Positions 24,664 to 37,510 of a DNA stretch of 64,000 nucleotides are shown piece after piece. Both the position numbers and the translations under genes were made by a program. The first letter of the stretch is position 1, and each line of letters begins with the position of its first letter. The notes beneath the pieces were generated by a model that saw only the letters and a list, made by a program, of their open reading frames with translations, did no database searches and was not told where the DNA came from. Source of the DNA: Leucoraja ocellata. Its lineage: Eukaryota. Location: contig JAWMAR010001001.1 in the NCBI GenBank assembly GCA_036785375.1, forward strand, positions 62,001 to 126,000. Direction: 5' to 3'.

Positions 24664-25247
24664 GAAAGAAACAGTGAAAAATTAAAGGAAATCAAAATTG
24701 GGAATTTGATTGCAATTGTTTAGAAAATTTACTTATCAAGAAAGCAAGAGGCCTGGAATATAAATGCAAACTCATTTCTACATTGTACAAAAATGCCACC
24801 TTAAATTAGAAATATAACCATCACTGAAGATAAAGTATGACTCAATCGCAGAAACTTTGGTGTCCAAAGAACTGCAAAGCAACATCCAATGCATGGATAA
24901 GTCAAAGTGTATGCTGTGTAGTGGAGTCTTTAGTAGCCGGAGAAAGAATGGTCACTAGAAGTGTATGAAGCGAGTATATCATGACACCAAATCTGTTTTG
25001 GGCACTTTAACGTTCCAGCTGACTGTATCCCTTAACCTTGCACGATTCAGCACACATCAACATTAGATTTTATGTATTTTTTTATGGTTTCAGTTTGCAA
25101 GTAGTCCAGCCATGATGATGCCTCCAAGGCAATGGAGGCTGAAGGTGAAACATCAGACCCTGGTTGCGTCCACAAGTGTGCAAATAAAGTGGACACTGCT
25201 TCTAAAATGGAAAGAATTCAGTGCAAATTTTATGTAAACATGTGTCA

Positions 25248-25425
25248 TAGAAACAAAAAAACATTGAAAATAGGTGCAGGAGGAGGCCATTCGGCCCTTC
25301 GAGCCAGCACCGCCATTCATTGTGATCATGGCTGATCGTCCCCTATCAATAACCCGTGCCTGCCTTCTCCCCATATCCCTTGACTCCACTAGCCCCTAGA
25401 GCTCTATCTAACACTCTCTTAAAGT
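25248..25425 (-). mobile_element. CR1 3' end fragment
   Basis: Reverse complement of the 4300-4450 tail (GYGEKAGTGY frame). Confidence 0.9.
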
Positions 25426-28349
25426 TGTCAACTTGGCACTGGTCTTTCCCCGATACTGACTGTAGACTTTTAGACGGGCTTCCCAATGTATTAAGTACCA
25501 TTATGCACTGTATACATCTCCCTTGTTTTAAATATGCCTTCAGCAGCAAAACCTGTATACAACCTTCCCATCTGGATAGCTGACAGATGCACTAAATACT
25601 GGCCCCATTCCTGGCTGCAAATGCTGGTGTCTGATGGCCCACAATGTGGTGTCCATCTTGAAACTATCTTCTAAATAACACGCAGTACCAGCCTACAAGC
25701 CAGTGTGCCTCAGAGTGAGCGACATCTTATTGCCACCGGTTATTCTCCAATCTCTTACAATAGAGCATAATAACTGTCAGTATGTGCGGTCAATGAGAAG
25801 TACACAGCACTGCTCAGTTTATGAAGATGAAGTTGCGGATAAGAATGAAATATGGGAGTTCAGATTAATAGAGATTTTTGACGGGAATATGATGTATTGA
25901 AAAGTGCTGAAGTGGTGCATTTGGTAGAAGATGGTATTTAAAGATATTCTCATGGACCTGATGACATGACGTTAATAACATTTTTGCAGCACTGTATCCA
26001 GATCCTCAGCAGTTGACACCTGCCACTGACTACCAAACACACTCTACTTCTCACTCCCTTCTGCAATGTATCCAGGCAACCGTCTAGCTCTCAATTGATA
26101 GAGGACTTCACAACTACTTTAATCCCCCCCATCAAGTCACTCTTCACAACTGGCTCTTCCCTCTGCTGTGCCGGTTTCAGCTCTCTCTGGTCAGACTCAT
26201 TTATTGAATGACTGACAGCGACAATGTACTTTGCCATCAAGAGATCAAGCTGTGTGTCAGTGGCAGTGACTAACTTAAACCAGCACTAGTCATTTATGAT
26301 ACCGCATCCTGCTGATAAGTCCAGCTGAACACCATTGTGGTTTGTGCTTGCCACATGCTAAAATCATTATAATGGACAACTTCACTACAAACGTATTGAG
26401 CTGTACGAGCTACTAGCAACATGTGTGGGATAATCGGGAATTATGATTTCCACACACATTTTCCAGAATACCCACCGATCACTCTTGTTTTCCTTTAGCT
26501 GCTTCAGCATACGTAAAACATTCTAAACAAGATGGTATACACAGTCATTCCTTAGCCACAATTATTTAGAGAACAACATATTTACTTTCGTAAGTACAAA
26601 TGATTGAACTTTCAATGCAATGTTACTTTGCAATCAACAGCCTAACCAAAGTAAAATTAAGTGAATCAGACATTATAAGATACAAACATAATATAATTTT
26701 CCAATAGTGTTAAGTGTACAGAAGATGATCACATTTCAGTGGAAAACAATCCACATAAAACATTTATTTCTCAAATGTAGTTCTTCTCCGAGTTTTAAGA
26801 TAGTACTTAATTGTGAAAACAAATAAACTAAAGGCAAATACTGAAAAGGTCCAAAAACAAAAACAAAAGAAAATATTACCTAAAATATGAATTAAAGAAA
26901 TGATAATAAATTTACTAAGTGAATTTCCAACCTGATATCATGTCAGGTTGACTGATGATTTAACAATCTCATAATATATTTCTCATAAAATGAAAAATAA
27001 CAAAAACCTTTGAACAAAACTATTATTCTTCTGGTGAATGGTCACAAAATAATATGATTTGAACATCCTGAACTATTTACTAATTATAACATAGAAGAAC
27101 AGCATTCATATCACTGTGCCATTCTGGGGGAAAAAACTATCTACTCCAGCACAACACCTTACCAATTCCAAATGTTTTCAACGTTACAAATATTTTGTAA
27201 CTTCATTTAAAAATCCATTTCAGATTCCACCAATGGGAAAACTAAACCCCCAGCTGCTGGAAGCATACATTTCCTGTGTTTTTCATTCTTTTGTTTTATC
27301 TACACACTCTAGGTAATGTTCCAAAAGAAGCATTTTCCCGGATGTGATTTTCCCAATCTCAAGTTCAACTTCCTTGTTTGAATACCAATATCTCCACTTG
27401 CTTTTGTGTCTCCTCCAAAAGATGATATGGTCTCAGACAGTCAGTCTTACACCTCTCCACAGCCCTGATATTCTCCTAAAAATAATGACACTGAAAGCTG
27501 AAATTGACAGCCTGGAATTTGTGGCAGTCAGCAAGGAAATGACAATTACCATTGATCCTTCTTGCAGATTGGTGGTGGGATGGGGTGTGTTATAAGTGGA
27601 CGCTTGCTCTATCTGATGTCTGATCCAATGCAATGCACTTCACAGAACATCTGTGGTATTTCACAGCAGGACAAGATACAGCAAGGAATCAGATTGATGA
27701 TTTCAGATACTCAGTAGAAAATTGTTGTATTCATTTGAGCTAAATTTACATATAATGGCAACTTTATGTACTTAGAAAATCCAATGTGACTGAAGTGAAT
27801 AGAACCACATTTCATTAGCAGCTACTGACTACACTACTACAGCTGCTACTACATTGTGCATGTAATACCAGTGATTGGGAGTGACCTTGAAATATAAAGC
27901 AGTAAATATATATAACAGGCGTTTTTTTAACTAAACAAAGAACAAAGAACTCAAACGGGTTTAAAAGACCAAAATAAAAGAGAATAAATGAAGGACCTGA
28001 TAGATTTCTGGACATGAAATGAATCATGAGTAGTGGGCACTAGGTAGAAGATCAGCCAAGATCTTGATGAATGGGGAACAGGCTTGAAAGGTTAGATAGC
28101 CTTTACCTAGTTCCTAATTTATTATGTCCTTATCAGAGTAATAAATTAAGACCTTCAACAGTAATTAAATTATTAAGAAATGTGATTTCACCCTTGTAAA
28201 ATTGTCAGAGTGTGGGAGGTTGTTTGTAATTATCAATTGCTAAACTGCTAAAAATTCTAACTCGATCCTTACTCCTAAATACACCTGCTAAATATATCAT
28301 ATTTTGTGTCCTTATAAGGAACATGGGCAACAAATAGAAATGTATGTAA

Positions 28350-28565
28350 GAAAGAACTGCAGATGCTGGTTTATACTGAAGATAGACACAAAGTGCTAGA
28401 GTAACTCAGCGGGTTACTCTAGCGGGCAGCATCTCTAGAGAAAAGGATGGGTGTCATTTCGGATCAGAACAGTCTGAAGAAGGGTTACAACCCAAAATTT
28501 CACCCATCCTTTTACTCCAGAGATGCTGAATGTCCCACTGAGTTACTCCAGCACGTTGTGTCTAT
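28350..28565. mobile_element. Palindromic Penelope-end element
   Basis: GAACTGCAGATGCTGG...GTAACTCAGCGGG and its inverted partner, with CAGTCTGAAGAAGGG between them. Confidence 0.8.
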
Positions 28566-28634
28566 AAATGGGAAAGTACCTAGGTTCATGCCAATGCATC
28601 TCATATCAAGGCCAGTCCATTAGCAAGGGGTTAC

Positions 28635-28952
28635 TAAGGGATTGGACACGCTAGATGGAGGAAACATGTTCCCGATGTTGGGGGGGGGGGGTCCAGGGGC
28701 CACAGTTTAAGAATAAGGGGTAGGTCATTTAGAACTGAGATGAGGAAAATCTTTTTCACACAGAGGGTTGTGAATTTGTGGAATTCTCTGCCTCAGAAGG
28801 CAGTGGTAGCTGATTCACTGGATGCATTCAAGAGAGAGTTAGATAGAGCTCTTAGGGCTAGCAGAATCAAGGGGTAAGGGGAGAAGGCAGGAGCGGGATA
28901 CTGATTGTGGATGATCGGCCATGATCACATTGAATGGCAGTGCTGGCTCGAA
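28635..28952 (+). mobile_element. CR1 3' fragment
   Basis: Matches 4100-4420. Confidence 0.9.
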
Positions 28953-29557
28953 GGTCTCACCAGGGTCCTGTACAACTGCAGTAGGCCTTCCTGCACCTAT
29001 ACTCAAATCCTCTCCCTATTTAAGGCAACATGCCATTAGCTTTTTTCACTGCCTGCTTTACCTGCATGTTTACTTTCAGTAACTGATGTACAAGGACATC
29101 AAGGTCTTGTTGCACCCTCCCCCCCTTTTCCTCATCTGACACCATTCAGATAATAATCTGCACTCTTGTTCTTGCCACCAAAGTGAATAACCTCACATTT
29201 ATCCACATTATACTGCATCTGCTATGCATCTGCTCACTTACCCAACCTATCCAAGTCACCGTGCTGCCTCATAGCATCCTCCTCGCAGCTCACACTGCCA
29301 CCCAGCTTTGTGTCATCCGCAAACTTGGAGATGTTACATTTAATTCCTTCGACTAACTCATTAATATATATTGTAAATAACTGGGGTCCTAGCACTGAGC
29401 CTTGCGGCACCCCACTAGTCACTGCCTGCCATTCTGAAAAGGAGCCGTTAATACCGACTCTTTGCTTCCAGTCTGCCGACCAGTTCTCTATCCATGTCAA
29501 TACCCTACCCCAATACCATATTCTCTAATTTTGCATATTAATCTCTTGTGTGGGACC
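28953..29557 (-). mobile_element. CR1 RT fragment, inverted relative to its neighbour
   Basis: VTSGVPQGSVLGPQLFTIYIN...KFADDTKLGG on the minus strand. Confidence 0.93.
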
Positions 29558-29803
29558 TGATGGAAGTGCAAAAGATTGAGGGAGGAATAGATGGATAAGT
29601 AGTCTAATTCTTTTTCTATAGTGTGTATATCAAAAACAAGAGTGTGTAGGCTTATGGTGAGAGCAAGGAGTTTTAAGGGGATCTAACGGCTAACATTTTT
29701 GTTCCCCACAGATATCAGGAACATGCTGCCAGGAGAGGCGGTGGTATCAAATAGTTTGGCAAGAAATTAAACATAAACTTAAATAGGCAATACCTAATAG
29801 ATA

Positions 29804-30223
29804 GAAAACAACTCCGAGCATCCATCCAGCCAACTGAGACAAAAGCACACTGGATAGCCACCAAGGGGTCACAGGAGTGGAAGGTAACCTCATCTCCATT
29901 ACACAGCTACATCTCTTCACCAGATAAAAGCTGTCCAGTGGTTGACCTCCCCAGAGGAGCATGGGTGAAGCTCAACAGACTTGGTACTGGAGTTGGGCGT
30001 TTCAATGCCAGTGTGTGGAGATGGGGGCTCCGCCAGAGCCCAGCCTGTGAATGGGGAGCTGAACAAAAGACAGCCAACCATGTCATCTCTGGGTGCCCGC
30101 TCTACCACCCACCAAATGGAACTCAGGGCCTGGCAGACATTGACTCAGAGACAACGACCTGGCTGCTCAACACCCAGCTTGAGATCTAACTGTTCCTTTG
30201 GTTTCATTCGCAAGAAGAAGAAG
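29804..30223 (+). mobile_element. 5'-truncated Ingi/Vingi-like LINE 3' end
   Basis: WVKLNRLGTGVGRFNASVWRWGL..SPACE(W)GAEQKTANHVISGCP zinc-knuckle-type C-terminus; tail CATTCGCAAGAAGAAGAAG; ATAGATA duplicated at 29797-29803 and 30224-30230; splits an older CR1 tail. Confidence 0.75.
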
Positions 30224-30994
30224 ATAGATATGGTCTTAATGTGGTAAGATGTGATTAGTGTAGATAGGCAAAATTGTCAGCATTAAGATGGTGGGCTGAT
30301 GGGCCCATTTCTATGTAGAACCAATCTAATAGTGTAAATGTTGGTCTGCTATTTGGGAAGTTTCTGATTCCGATTCTTAAATAAGCATGTGTACACCCCA
30401 GAATCAGCTGTCAAATTCATTTTATAACAATTGTTGTTATTGTTAATGGTGAGGCTAACAGCAAAATGTGTTGTTTGCTTCACCATCATTATTTATGCAA
30501 AACCCAGACAATTATTCTCATTGTGATAGAGCAACTTCTTTACATTGGCTTCTTGACCTTCTTTATATATAACAAAGGATTCCCACATACCTCTTCAAGG
30601 GTTTAAAGTCATATTTTTAAAGACCTGAATATCCATCTATCTATATTACTAAAAGTCTGTTCTTGACCGGTTTTGGCCATCTGTGCTGCGATTTCCGAGA
30701 GAACGCCGCCACCTACGGCCGTCATTTTTGGCCACCTTGCTCAGAGCCCCCAATCCGCCGCATGTGTGCCGAGGATTTTTCCCGTCGATTAAAAATGACA
30801 GAGATATTAATGTTTTTACAAAATGCCTCATTCTCTCTGCTGCCCCCGCTGGTGGCGGGTGGAGGGACTATAAAACCAGGAAGTGGTGTGCCTCACTCAC
30901 TCTTCAAGATGGAGGAAGGCAGAGGGTCACGTTTCTCCGAGCTGTGAATAACACTGAACACATGTCTACTCAAATGTATGTGCCATTTCTAGCT

Positions 30995-31668
30995 TCAGGT
31001 TCCTGGGTGTTAACATCTCCGATGACCTCTCTTGGACCCACAATACCTTAACTCTGATCAAGAAGGCTCACCAGCGTCTCTTCTTCATGAGGAGACTGAA
31101 GAAGGTCCATCTGTCTCCTCAGATCCTGGTGAACTTCTACCGCTGCACCATCAAGAGCATCCTTACCAACTGTATCACAGTATAGTATGGCAACTGCTCT
31201 GTCTCCGACCGGAAGGCCTTGCAGAGGGTGGTGTAAATTGCCCAACGCATCACCGGTTCCTCGCTCCACTCCAATGAGTCTGTCCAAAGCAAGCGTTGTC
31301 TGCGGAGGGCGCTCAGCATCGCCAAGGACTGCAATCACCCCAACCATGGACTGTTTACCCTCCCACCATCCGGGAGGCGCTACAGGTCTCTCCGTTGCCG
31401 GACCAGCAGGTCCAGGAACAGCTTCTTCCCGGCGGCTCTCACTCTACTCAACAACGTACCTCGGTGACTGCCAATCACCCCCCCCTCCGGACACTCCTCC
31501 CACAGGAAAAACACTATGTCTGTATATATGCTAATATAAATATTTATTCAAATCATATGCTATGTCGCTCTTCCAGGGAGATGCTAAATGCATTTCGTTG
31601 TCTCTGTACTGTACACTGACAATGACAATTAAAGTTCAATCTGAATTCAGATCTGAATCTGAATCTGA
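30995..31668 (+). mobile_element. Rex1/Babar LINE 3' fragment nested in the Helitron
   Basis: LIKKAHQRLFFMRRLKK, NFYRCTIKSILT, LPPSGRRYRS, NSFFPAA; tail GCATTTCGTTGTC...GACAATTAAA then (TCTGAA)n. Confidence 0.9.
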
Positions 31669-31674
31669 ATCCTT

Positions 31675-31813
31675 AGTGGTTCTAAAGCTTGCAAAAAAAG
31701 TGTCTATTGGTTCTAAATCTTGTAAAAAATGTCTATTGGTTCTAAAGCTTGCAAAATGTGTCTCTATTGGTTCTAAAGCTTGCAAAATGTGTCTCTATTG
31801 GTTCTAAAGCTTG
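31675..31813 (+). repeat. Tandem array, 29-31-bp unit (TGTCTATTGGTTCTAAAGCTTGCAAAAAA), left part
   Basis: About 5 units. Confidence 0.95.
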
Positions 31814-32782
31814 CATCAGAAATGTCCTCGTTCTTCAGGGAACGGAGATTCCTCTCCGCCACCATAGATGAAGCTCACAACAGGGCCTCATCCATACCCC
31901 GTAACACTGCTCTCTCTCCCCATCCCCACACTCGCAACAAGGGCAGAGTCCCTCTGGTCCTCACCTTTCACCCCACCAGCCAGCAAATACAACACATAAT
32001 CCTCTGCCATTTCCGCCACCTCCAACGTGACCCCACCACTCGCCACATCTTCCCATCTCCCCCCATGTCTGCCTTCCGCAAAGACCGCTCCCTCCGCAAC
32101 TCCCTTGTCAATTCTTCCCTTCCCTCCCGCACCACTCCCTCCCCGGGTACTTTCCGTTGCAACTGCAAGAAATGCAACACCCGTCCCTTCACCTCCCCCC
32201 TCGACTCCATTCAAGGACCCAAGCAATCGTTCCAGGTGCGACAAAGGTTCACCTGCATCTCCTCCAACCTCATCTACTGCATCCTCTGCTCTAGGTGTCA
32301 GCTGATTTACATCGGGGAGACTAAGCGTAGGTTGGGCGATCGTTTCGCCGAACACCTCCGCTCAGTCCGCAATAACCAACCTGACCTCCCGGTGGCTCAG
32401 CACTTCAACTCCCCCTCCCATTCCCAATCCAACCTCTCTGTCCTGGGTCTCCTTCATTGCCAGAGTGAGCAACAGCGGAAATTGGAGGAACAGCACCTCA
32501 TATTCCGCCTGGGGACCTTGCGTCCGGATGGCATTAATATTGAATTCTCCCAATTTTGCTAGCCCTTACTGTCTCCTCCCCTTCCTTAACCCTTGAGCTG
32601 TCTCCTCCCACCCTCCTATCCGCCCGCCCTTGGGCTCATCCTCCTCCCCTTTTCCTTCCTTCTCCCCCCCCCCCCACCCTCCATCAGTCTGAAGAAGGGT
32701 TTCGGCTCGAAACGTTGCCTATTTCCTTCGCTCCATAAATGCTGCTGCACCCGCTGAGTTTCTCCAGCAATTTTGTGTACCT
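31814..32782 (+). mobile_element. Penelope-like element, 5'-truncated (GIY-YIG endonuclease + 3' end)
   Basis: NLIYCILCSRCQLIYIGETKRRLGDRFAEH and E..LIFRLGT..P.GIN; 3' end carries CTGAAGA...GAAAC. Confidence 0.95.
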
Positions 32783-33017
32783 GCAAAAAATGTCTATTGG
32801 TTCTAAAGCTTGCAAAAAATGTCTATTGGTTCTAAAGCTTGCAAAAAAAAGTGTCTATTGGTTCTAAAGCTTGCAAAAAAAGGTCTATTGGTTCTAAAGC
32901 TTGCAAAAATGTCTATTGGTTCTAAAATGCTTGCAAAAAATGTCTATTGGTTCTAAAGCTTGCAAAAATGTCTATTGGTTCTAAAGCTTACAAACAAAAT
33001 GTCTATTGGATCTAAAA
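32783..33017 (+). repeat. Tandem array, 29-31-bp unit, right part
   Basis: About 8 units resuming directly after the Penelope insertion. Confidence 0.95.
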
Positions 33018-33041
33018 TGATTCATACTAGCGCTCCAGAAT

Positions 33042-33285
33042 TTACTGCAAATGGTGGCTTGGTTGCTTTGGCTTGAAGTTGAAAGGCACTACTTACTGCA
33101 AATGGTGGCTTGGTTGTTTTGACTTGAAGTTGAAAGACATTACTTACTGCAAATGATGGCTTGGGTGTGGCTTGAAGTTGAAAGCCACCACTTACTGCAA
33201 ATGGTGGCATGAAGTTGAAAGGCACTACTTACTGCAAATGGTGGCTTGGGTGCTTTGGCTTGAAGTTAAAAGGCACTACTGTAAA
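33042..33285 (+). repeat. Tandem array, 51-bp unit (TTACTGCAAATGGTGGCTTGGTTGCTTTGGCTTGAAGTTGAAAGGCACTAC)
   Basis: About 5 units, one internally deleted. Confidence 0.9.
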
Positions 33286-34062
33286 TGCACTTCCTGTTTG
33301 CACTGTATATTGATTTTAGATAAAACGCTACCACTTACGGCTGTGATTTTTGGCCATCTTACTCAGTCCCCCTCCGCTGAGCAGATGCAGAGAATTCTTC
33401 CCATCAATGAAAAATAAAAGTGTTATTAGTTGTTTTTTTAAAATGTTGAGAATCTCTCTCCTGTCAATCACTCCATGAAAGCCACGCCTTTTCCAGTGGG
33501 GGTGGAGGGGTTATAAAACCCAGAAATGTGAGTGTGGCTCAGTCTCTGCAAGATGGAGGGAGAGGTCACGACTCGCTGTCTTTAGTGGCTTTGCACCCTA
33601 CTTCAAATGGTATGAAACTGCACTTAAATTTGGTGGCCTTATACCCTGCTTGAAATAGAATTTCAAGGATTAGCCGCGAGTCAACTACCAGCCCACCCGC
33701 CGTGAGTGAGTGAGTTGCCAGCACAACAGGCTTGATTGACTGAGACGCCAGCCCAAGAATCCATTTGGCGCACAATTTGCATACTAGCCCTCTGGAAACC
33801 AGTCCCTTCAGCCCATAACACCCATACTAGCGCTCCAGAAAGCCCCCCCCCCCCCCAACTGGCCACCGATATTAAAATTGGTGGAGAGGTGGAATATTGC
33901 GTTGGATGACCAGCCCTCCTGTGTGATGCTGGGACCCAACGGGTCCCACTTAGTCTAGTATTAAGATAAAATTAGAACCAGAGACAAATCATTAAATTAT
34001 TTTAACACATGCAAGCCAGCTTGGATATGCTAAAGTCTAGTCGTGATTGATGAATTTAAAGT

Positions 34063-34400
34063 AAAACACAAAATGCTAAAGTAATTCAGTGGGTCAGGCA
34101 GCATCTGTGGAGGGAATGGGCAGGCAACATTTTGGGTTGGAACCCTTCGTCAGACTGACCTTCAGATTGATAGTAATCAAATCCCCCTCATCTGTATTCA
34201 CCTATCACTGGTCGGGCTTTATTCAGCCCTCAAAGCCCTTTTCCAGCTTTCTCCCCTTACTACTCCATCAGGCTGAAGAAGGGTCTTGACCCAAAACGTC
34301 ACCTGCCCATTTCCTCCACAGATGCTGGCTAACCTGCAGATTTCCTCCAGCACTTTGTAGTTTTTTGCTCAGGATTCCAGCAACTGCAGTTCCTTGTGGC
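34063..34400. mobile_element. Palindromic Penelope-end element
   Basis: Inverted arms; CTGAAGAAGGGTCTTGACCCAAAACGTC near 34273. Confidence 0.78.
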
Positions 34401-35279
34401 TCCATTGATGAACTTAACGCATGTTTGAAGAAGTGATCAATTGCAGCAAATGTGATGTGGACATCTATTCAAAAGACATTTGAAACAATATCTCAAAATA
34501 CCCAGGCTATGCTAAAAGGAACCAACAGATTGTAGATCAAAGGTACACAAAAAAGCTGGAGAAACTCAGCGGGTGCAGCAGCATCTATAGAGCGAAGGAA
34601 ATAGGCAACGTTTCGGGCCAAAACCCTTGTAGATCAAAGTGGTTGGCAAACAAGAAACAGTAAACATAAATGTGTTTTTATGTTTGCTATTAATACAGAT
34701 ATGGAAGGTACTGCAAACAATATGGTGACATGATATAATACTTGAAAATGATAGAAAGTCCAGCCGATTGGGTATTTAATGTTGCTAGGTGTCAAACAAT
34801 ATATTTTGGAAGGAATGCTTTTGAATATGTATAGGCATTTAAAGATTCATATGATTAGAGAGACAAGCATTCAAATAAATAATTAGTTTCATGAGAATTC
34901 TGCTAGAAAATCATAAAAATGTCATAAAGTCATTAACAAGTGATAAAGTGGACGTTAGAATACAAAGCAAGACATATAAAGGCAAACTAATGAATACTAA
35001 AAGTATTAAAAAGGTTGAGACAGGACGGGAATTAAAAATGGCAGAAATGTTAAACAAATATTTTGTATTTAACTGGGATATCGAGGAACTATAGGCCAGC
35101 CAATGTAATATCAGTTGGCAGGAGAAGGTTGGACTCATTTTTTAAGGAAGAAGGACTATGCATTTGGAAAAGGATAAGATGACAAGACAAGGGCACTAAT
35201 ATTTAATGGAAGAGAACTTTCATTTTTAAGCTGGAAAGTATTCTAAGAAGATTTACTAAATTGTTGCGAGGATTTGCGG

Positions 35280-35482
35280 ACAATAAACAATAGGTGCAGG
35301 AGTAGGCCATTTGGCCCTTCGAGCCAGTCAATATGATCATGGCTGATCATCCCCAATCAGTACCCCATTCCTGCTTTCTCCCCATATCCCCTTGACTATG
35401 CTAACTTTAAGAGCCCCATCTAGCTCTCTCTTGAAACTATCCGGAGAACCGGCCTCCACCACCCTCCGAGGCAGAGAATTCC
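35280..35482 (-). mobile_element. CR1 3' end fragment
   Basis: Reverse complement of 4245-4450. Confidence 0.88.
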
Positions 35483-36976
35483 CAACTCCCTGTGTGAGTT
35501 GTGGATTGTGGACCTGAGCAACAGGGAAAGGTTTGGCAGGACAAGGCCTTATTGCTTGGATACAGGATGCCGAGGGGTAGTGTGCCTGTAAAGCTGCAGC
35601 AAGAAAGGATTTCACTATTTTGGTTCTTATCCAGTGCATATGACAAATATATACTCTTCTCCCTGCCCTATTCTCCTGAAATCACAAACAGTTCTACTCA
35701 GTTTACAATGCATTTAAATTAAAAATTAAGATTTATGATATAATATTACATTTTATAAAATAGTCACAACATTGAAGCTATGATACATTTTCATAGCCAC
35801 CTACCATTAGGCTCACATACATTAAACGATTTCATACATTGCACATGAATGTCAGTGGAATGTCTTAATCATTCCCATTGATTCAAACTGATACATTGTG
35901 CAACAAACACAATCCTGCACAGATGCTTCAACTGGATCCAATCCACGTTCCAAGAAACAGTGTGTGTTATTGGAATAAATCCCTTAAGAATTAAATTCAA
36001 CATTATAGCCAAATGTTAATAGAAGACAGTTTCAAATCTCTCTAAGGCTTACTAGTCAAACATTTTGGAACGTGACTGCAAATATGCATTCGATGAAAAT
36101 TCATGCTGTAAACAGACTTTTTTTTAAGGATGATGACAAGTTTCCTTATCTAAATAATATTAGTTAACCTGATTTATATAAAGAAAATTTCAAGTTTTAA
36201 AGCCATAAAAAAAAAACTGGGAGCAACTATTTATGCCTAGATTTTATTGTAAGTCATTTAAAATTTTCAACTGTTGTAGTGGTATTGCTGTGTGGGTTAT
36301 TAGTCTTGCAAAATAACCATGTACAATGCCCCTTAACTTGCCCATGTAATAAAATATTCCACAAATGCAACATTCTTGCATTATTGTAGGCTAGTCTTAC
36401 ATAAAAGGTCAACAACTCAGATTTGCATGCACTATGCTCTGAGCATTCTTTAAAAAAGATGTCAACTGTGGCTAACTGGTCGCATTGTGAACCCAGTCAT
36501 TTTTGGTACAAGCCTTGCAGAGACTTGTATCCACCATCCACACCTGCTACAGAATGTGGTTTCATTGGACTTGGTTGAGATCTTAATCTATTGCTGAATC
36601 TACTTTCTATATAAAAAAACAAATTATATGAGGAGGAATATGGACAGGGGAGGTTTGCTAAACGTTCTGACCATTGATGATCACTCGCCAATATGTAAAG
36701 AAATTTATCCTTGAATCAGTGATGTTAAATGGGCAACATACTCGCATCTGTGAAGCAGTAATTTTCAAGATCTGGTTTCACTGACTTCAAAGAACTGCAT
36801 TGAGCTGCAAGAATGGTCATCACCCTGATCTGAATGGAGTTACCAAATCGGAGCAGACTTGCTTGCTTTATATTAATATTTCAATTACTTGCGTTTCAAT
36901 ATTTCTAATTAAGGAATGGGAAATGTCCTTTCGACATCTGAAAAAGTGCCCTCACTGTTATACTGTCATAGTTACA

Positions 36977-37510
36977 AGCGGCACGGTGGCGCAGCAGAGA
37001 CCCGGGTTCGATCCTGACTATTGGTGTTGTACGGAGTTTGTACATTCTCCCTGTGACCGCCGTGGGTTTTCTTCAGCTAATAGGAACTGCAGATGCTGGT
37101 TTAAACCAAAGATAGACACAAAATGCTGGACTAACTCAGCGGGACAGGCAGCATCTCTGGATAGAAGGGATACATGACATTTCAGGTTGAGACCCTTCTT
37201 CAGACCGAGTCAGGGTAGAGGGAGATACAGAGATAAGTAAGTGTAAGGTGTGAGCATATCCAGAGATACCGCCTGTCCCACTGAGTTACTCCAGTATTTT
37301 GTCTATCTTGGGTTTTTTCCGGGATCTCCGGTTTCCTCCCACTCTTCAAAGACGTACGGTTTGTAGGTTAATTTGTGGCTTGCTATAATTGTAAATTGGC
37401 CCTAGTGTGTGTAGATAGCGTTAATGTGCGCTGATCGCGGGTTGGCGCGGAATCGGTGGGCCGAAGGGCCTGTTTCTGCACTATATCTCTGTATCTCTAA
37501 ATTAAACTAA
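36977..37510 (+). mobile_element. V-SINE (HE1-like) interrupted by a palindromic Penelope-end element (about 37080-37308)
   Basis: Head GCGGCACGGTGGCGCAGC...GGGTTCGATCCTG; the SINE resumes at GGGTTTTTTCCGGGATCTCCGGTTTCCTCCCAC and ends in AAACTAAA. Confidence 0.88.

Larger units (their letters stand above)
30636..33958 (+). mobile_element. Non-autonomous Helitron with nested insertions
   Basis: 5' A|TCTATCTATATTACTAAAA; 3' hairpin GGGACCC-AAC-GGGTCCC then ...CTAG|T; no TSD. Confidence 0.85.

Noticed and set aside
31675-33285. Regular ~30-bp and 51-bp repeats as a CRISPR array
   Set aside because: Units are head-to-tail with no unique spacers, there are no cas genes, the context is eukaryotic and they lie inside a Helitron
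36497-36691. Minus-strand terminal coding exon (ESRFSNRLRSQPSP...), and a similar candidate at 45658-45722
   Set aside because: Only an acceptor-like site and a short frame; no homology and no supported upstream exon
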